Below, in pieces: positions 62,175 through 64,000 of a stretch of 64,000 nucleotides of DNA. The position numbers and the translations under genes are program-made. Source of the DNA: Raillietiella orientalis. Lineage: Eukaryota. Each line of letters begins with the position of its first letter. The stretch's first letter is position 1. The stretch covers positions 1,364,001 through 1,428,000 of the forward strand of contig JAYWIR010000040.1 in the NCBI GenBank assembly GCA_036172245.1, given 5' to 3'. The notes beneath the pieces were generated by a model. That model was given only the letters and a program-made list of their open reading frames with translations, was not told where the DNA came from and did not search any database.

Positions 62175-64000
62175 GTTAGTGCGTGTGCCTGTTGTCGTGG
62201 GGATGAGAGTGTATGCTGCTGCTGGCGCCTCCTCGGGTGCATGTCGAGCCTACCTGAGCCCCGCGGCTATTTCTTCCTCTCTTCCTCCCTTGCGAAAGGG
62301 TGATGGCAGAGTGGCGGAACCTACCGCAAGCCTCTCTCTCTCCCCGAGAGGCGTTTGGGAAGATTCTAAAAGATCCTGGAAAGTGTTCTTCCCGGAAAGA
62401 TTTCCTCATGACCTTTGTTTTTTTCTTTTGCTCCTGCGGTAGCCGGTAGCCTGGAAAGCGCGCAGCATCCTGGAAACTGGACCGCCAACGTCCTGCACGG
62501 TGAACCATTGCGGCAGTTGGTCTCTGGGGCACGGAGACGCACGTCCACAGCCGGAAGGCTCCTCCTCCTCCACGGGGCCGACCAGCGAAGGGCGTTTCTC
62601 TCACGTGTCTTCCTGAGTGCGGAGGCAGGGAGGAAAGGCCGTTCCTTCGTCGCCGCCGGCGTTTGGTCAGGTTTTGCCCCCTGGCATCGGCGGGGAAAAT
62701 TCGCTTCCCTTGGGAAGGAATCCGCAGCCCACGGTCCTCGCGACCCGGTCTGTTTCCTCTCGTTGCCGCTGCTCTTCCGGGAGCTCCCCTTTTGACTCCC
62801 CGCAAGAGCCGCATGTTCCGGAGGTCTCCCGGAGCATCATGACCTCGGCGTCGAGGGACTCTCATCCCATCGAATCTTCCGGTGCGCTCTCGGTCCTCCC
62901 TTGGATGAAACTCCCCTCCCTCAAAATTTTGGCCCCCCACCTCCTCCCCCTTTTCCCGACATCGAGCGGGACCGTCTCAGTCAGCGTCGAATCCGGCTCG
63001 GGAGACCGCTCCCCAGTGACGGGGCCCGCGGGAACCGGTCGCTGGGTCTGGAGGCGCTCTTCGTCTCGTCCGTTTGCTTGCCTTTCCCTTTCCTCCTCTT
63101 TCCCGCCCACCTGGGCGCGGCTGTACTGGGCGGAGGCGAGTGCAGCCGCGCCTAGGCGACTTCCCGTTGACTTTCCTCCCTTAGCCTTTCGGTGCGGGCG
63201 GCCATCTTGTTTCCGGAAGGGAGGGTGGAACGCCTCTCCTCCGACCCCTCAGAGCTCTTCGTCCGTGGGGGCGCGAAGAGGAGGTGCGGAGAGGTGCCTC
63301 CGGCGCAGTAAGCCCTCCGGGTTCGCCGCGGGACGGCGATGCGCGGCGGTTCTCCTTTGACCTTCCCTGCCACCGTCAGGCGGGACAGGGGGCAACGGAT
63401 CCTCCCTCCTGTTGGGAGTCGTCCCGACGCCTGACCACACGTCACCTCGGCCTCCGGCGATCGGAACGGCAGGTGCCAAAGAGCAGGAAGCGCGTCGCGT
63501 GCCCTTACTCTCCTGCCTCACGAGGGGGCACCGAGGGAGAGCGGGACTCCCGAAGGGGGTGAGCGTGGTCAGGCATTCCGGGCGGCAGGAGGCGCTCCTG
63601 GGGGCGCCGCATCCTTTTCGGCAACCGGTCTCTCGGCTTTCCAGTCGCGCGCCTGCCTCCGAAGAGGGGAAGCAGGAACCAAGGGAAGGGGGAGAAAGGG
63701 GGCCTGGAAGTCTGGATGAAGGCGGAGGGGGTGAAGGGGAATCCGAACCTTTCGCCGAGAGCTCACCTGACGCCTGTCCCGCCTCGAATTCTCCCGCCAG
63801 CTGCTTTCCTCGATGCGCGCGTGCGGTCTCCTCTTCCCCGCTCATGGCAGCAGCGCCGGAAGAGGGGAGCGGGGCGGGAAGGCGGTCTCATCCCTTCTTT
63901 CCCCTTCCCCATCTACTGGAGGGGTCGCCTGAAAAACCAGGGGGCACCGACTGGCGCGGAAAAGGAGAGCCTACGGGGTCTGAAAACTTCCTGAAGGGAA

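Noticed and set aside
1..64000. CRISPR arrays, rRNA or prokaryotic operons
   Set aside because: No regularly spaced repeats or rRNA signatures seen; the DNA is eukaryotic.

Overview
Eukaryotic genomic DNA from an animal, probably an arthropod (GT-AG introns, a Skeletor-like gene). It has two sharply different compartments. AT-rich stretches (about 35% GC in a sampled 60-nt line) carry compact conserved genes with mostly very short (about 36-56 nt) introns: the 3' end of O-GlcNAcase, AK6, V-ATPase subunit e, a Skeletor-like DM13/DOMON gene and HERC4. GC-rich stretches (about 4.4-26.3 kb and 54-64 kb, 63% GC in a sampled line) give mostly spurious six-frame ORFs. Reading splice sites by hand in the first GC-rich block reveals a hidden cluster of four spliced paralogous genes (P1 +, P2 -, P3 +, P4 -). 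Each encodes a signal peptide, a variable spacer, an R-[FL]-hydrophobic motif just before a conserved phase-1 intron, and a terminal exon with a six-cysteine domain C-x9-C-x5-C-x10/11-C-x14-19-C-x5-C ending in a 2-3 residue hydrophobic tail. The domain resembles a divergent peritrophin-A/CBM14 fold, and the prepropeptide layout resembles toxin, antimicrobial or effector precursors. A duplicated signal exon may encode a short amidated peptide. The rest is decayed retroelement fragments, local inverted and direct repeats, and microsatellites. All gene models were built by eye and need RNA-seq confirmation.
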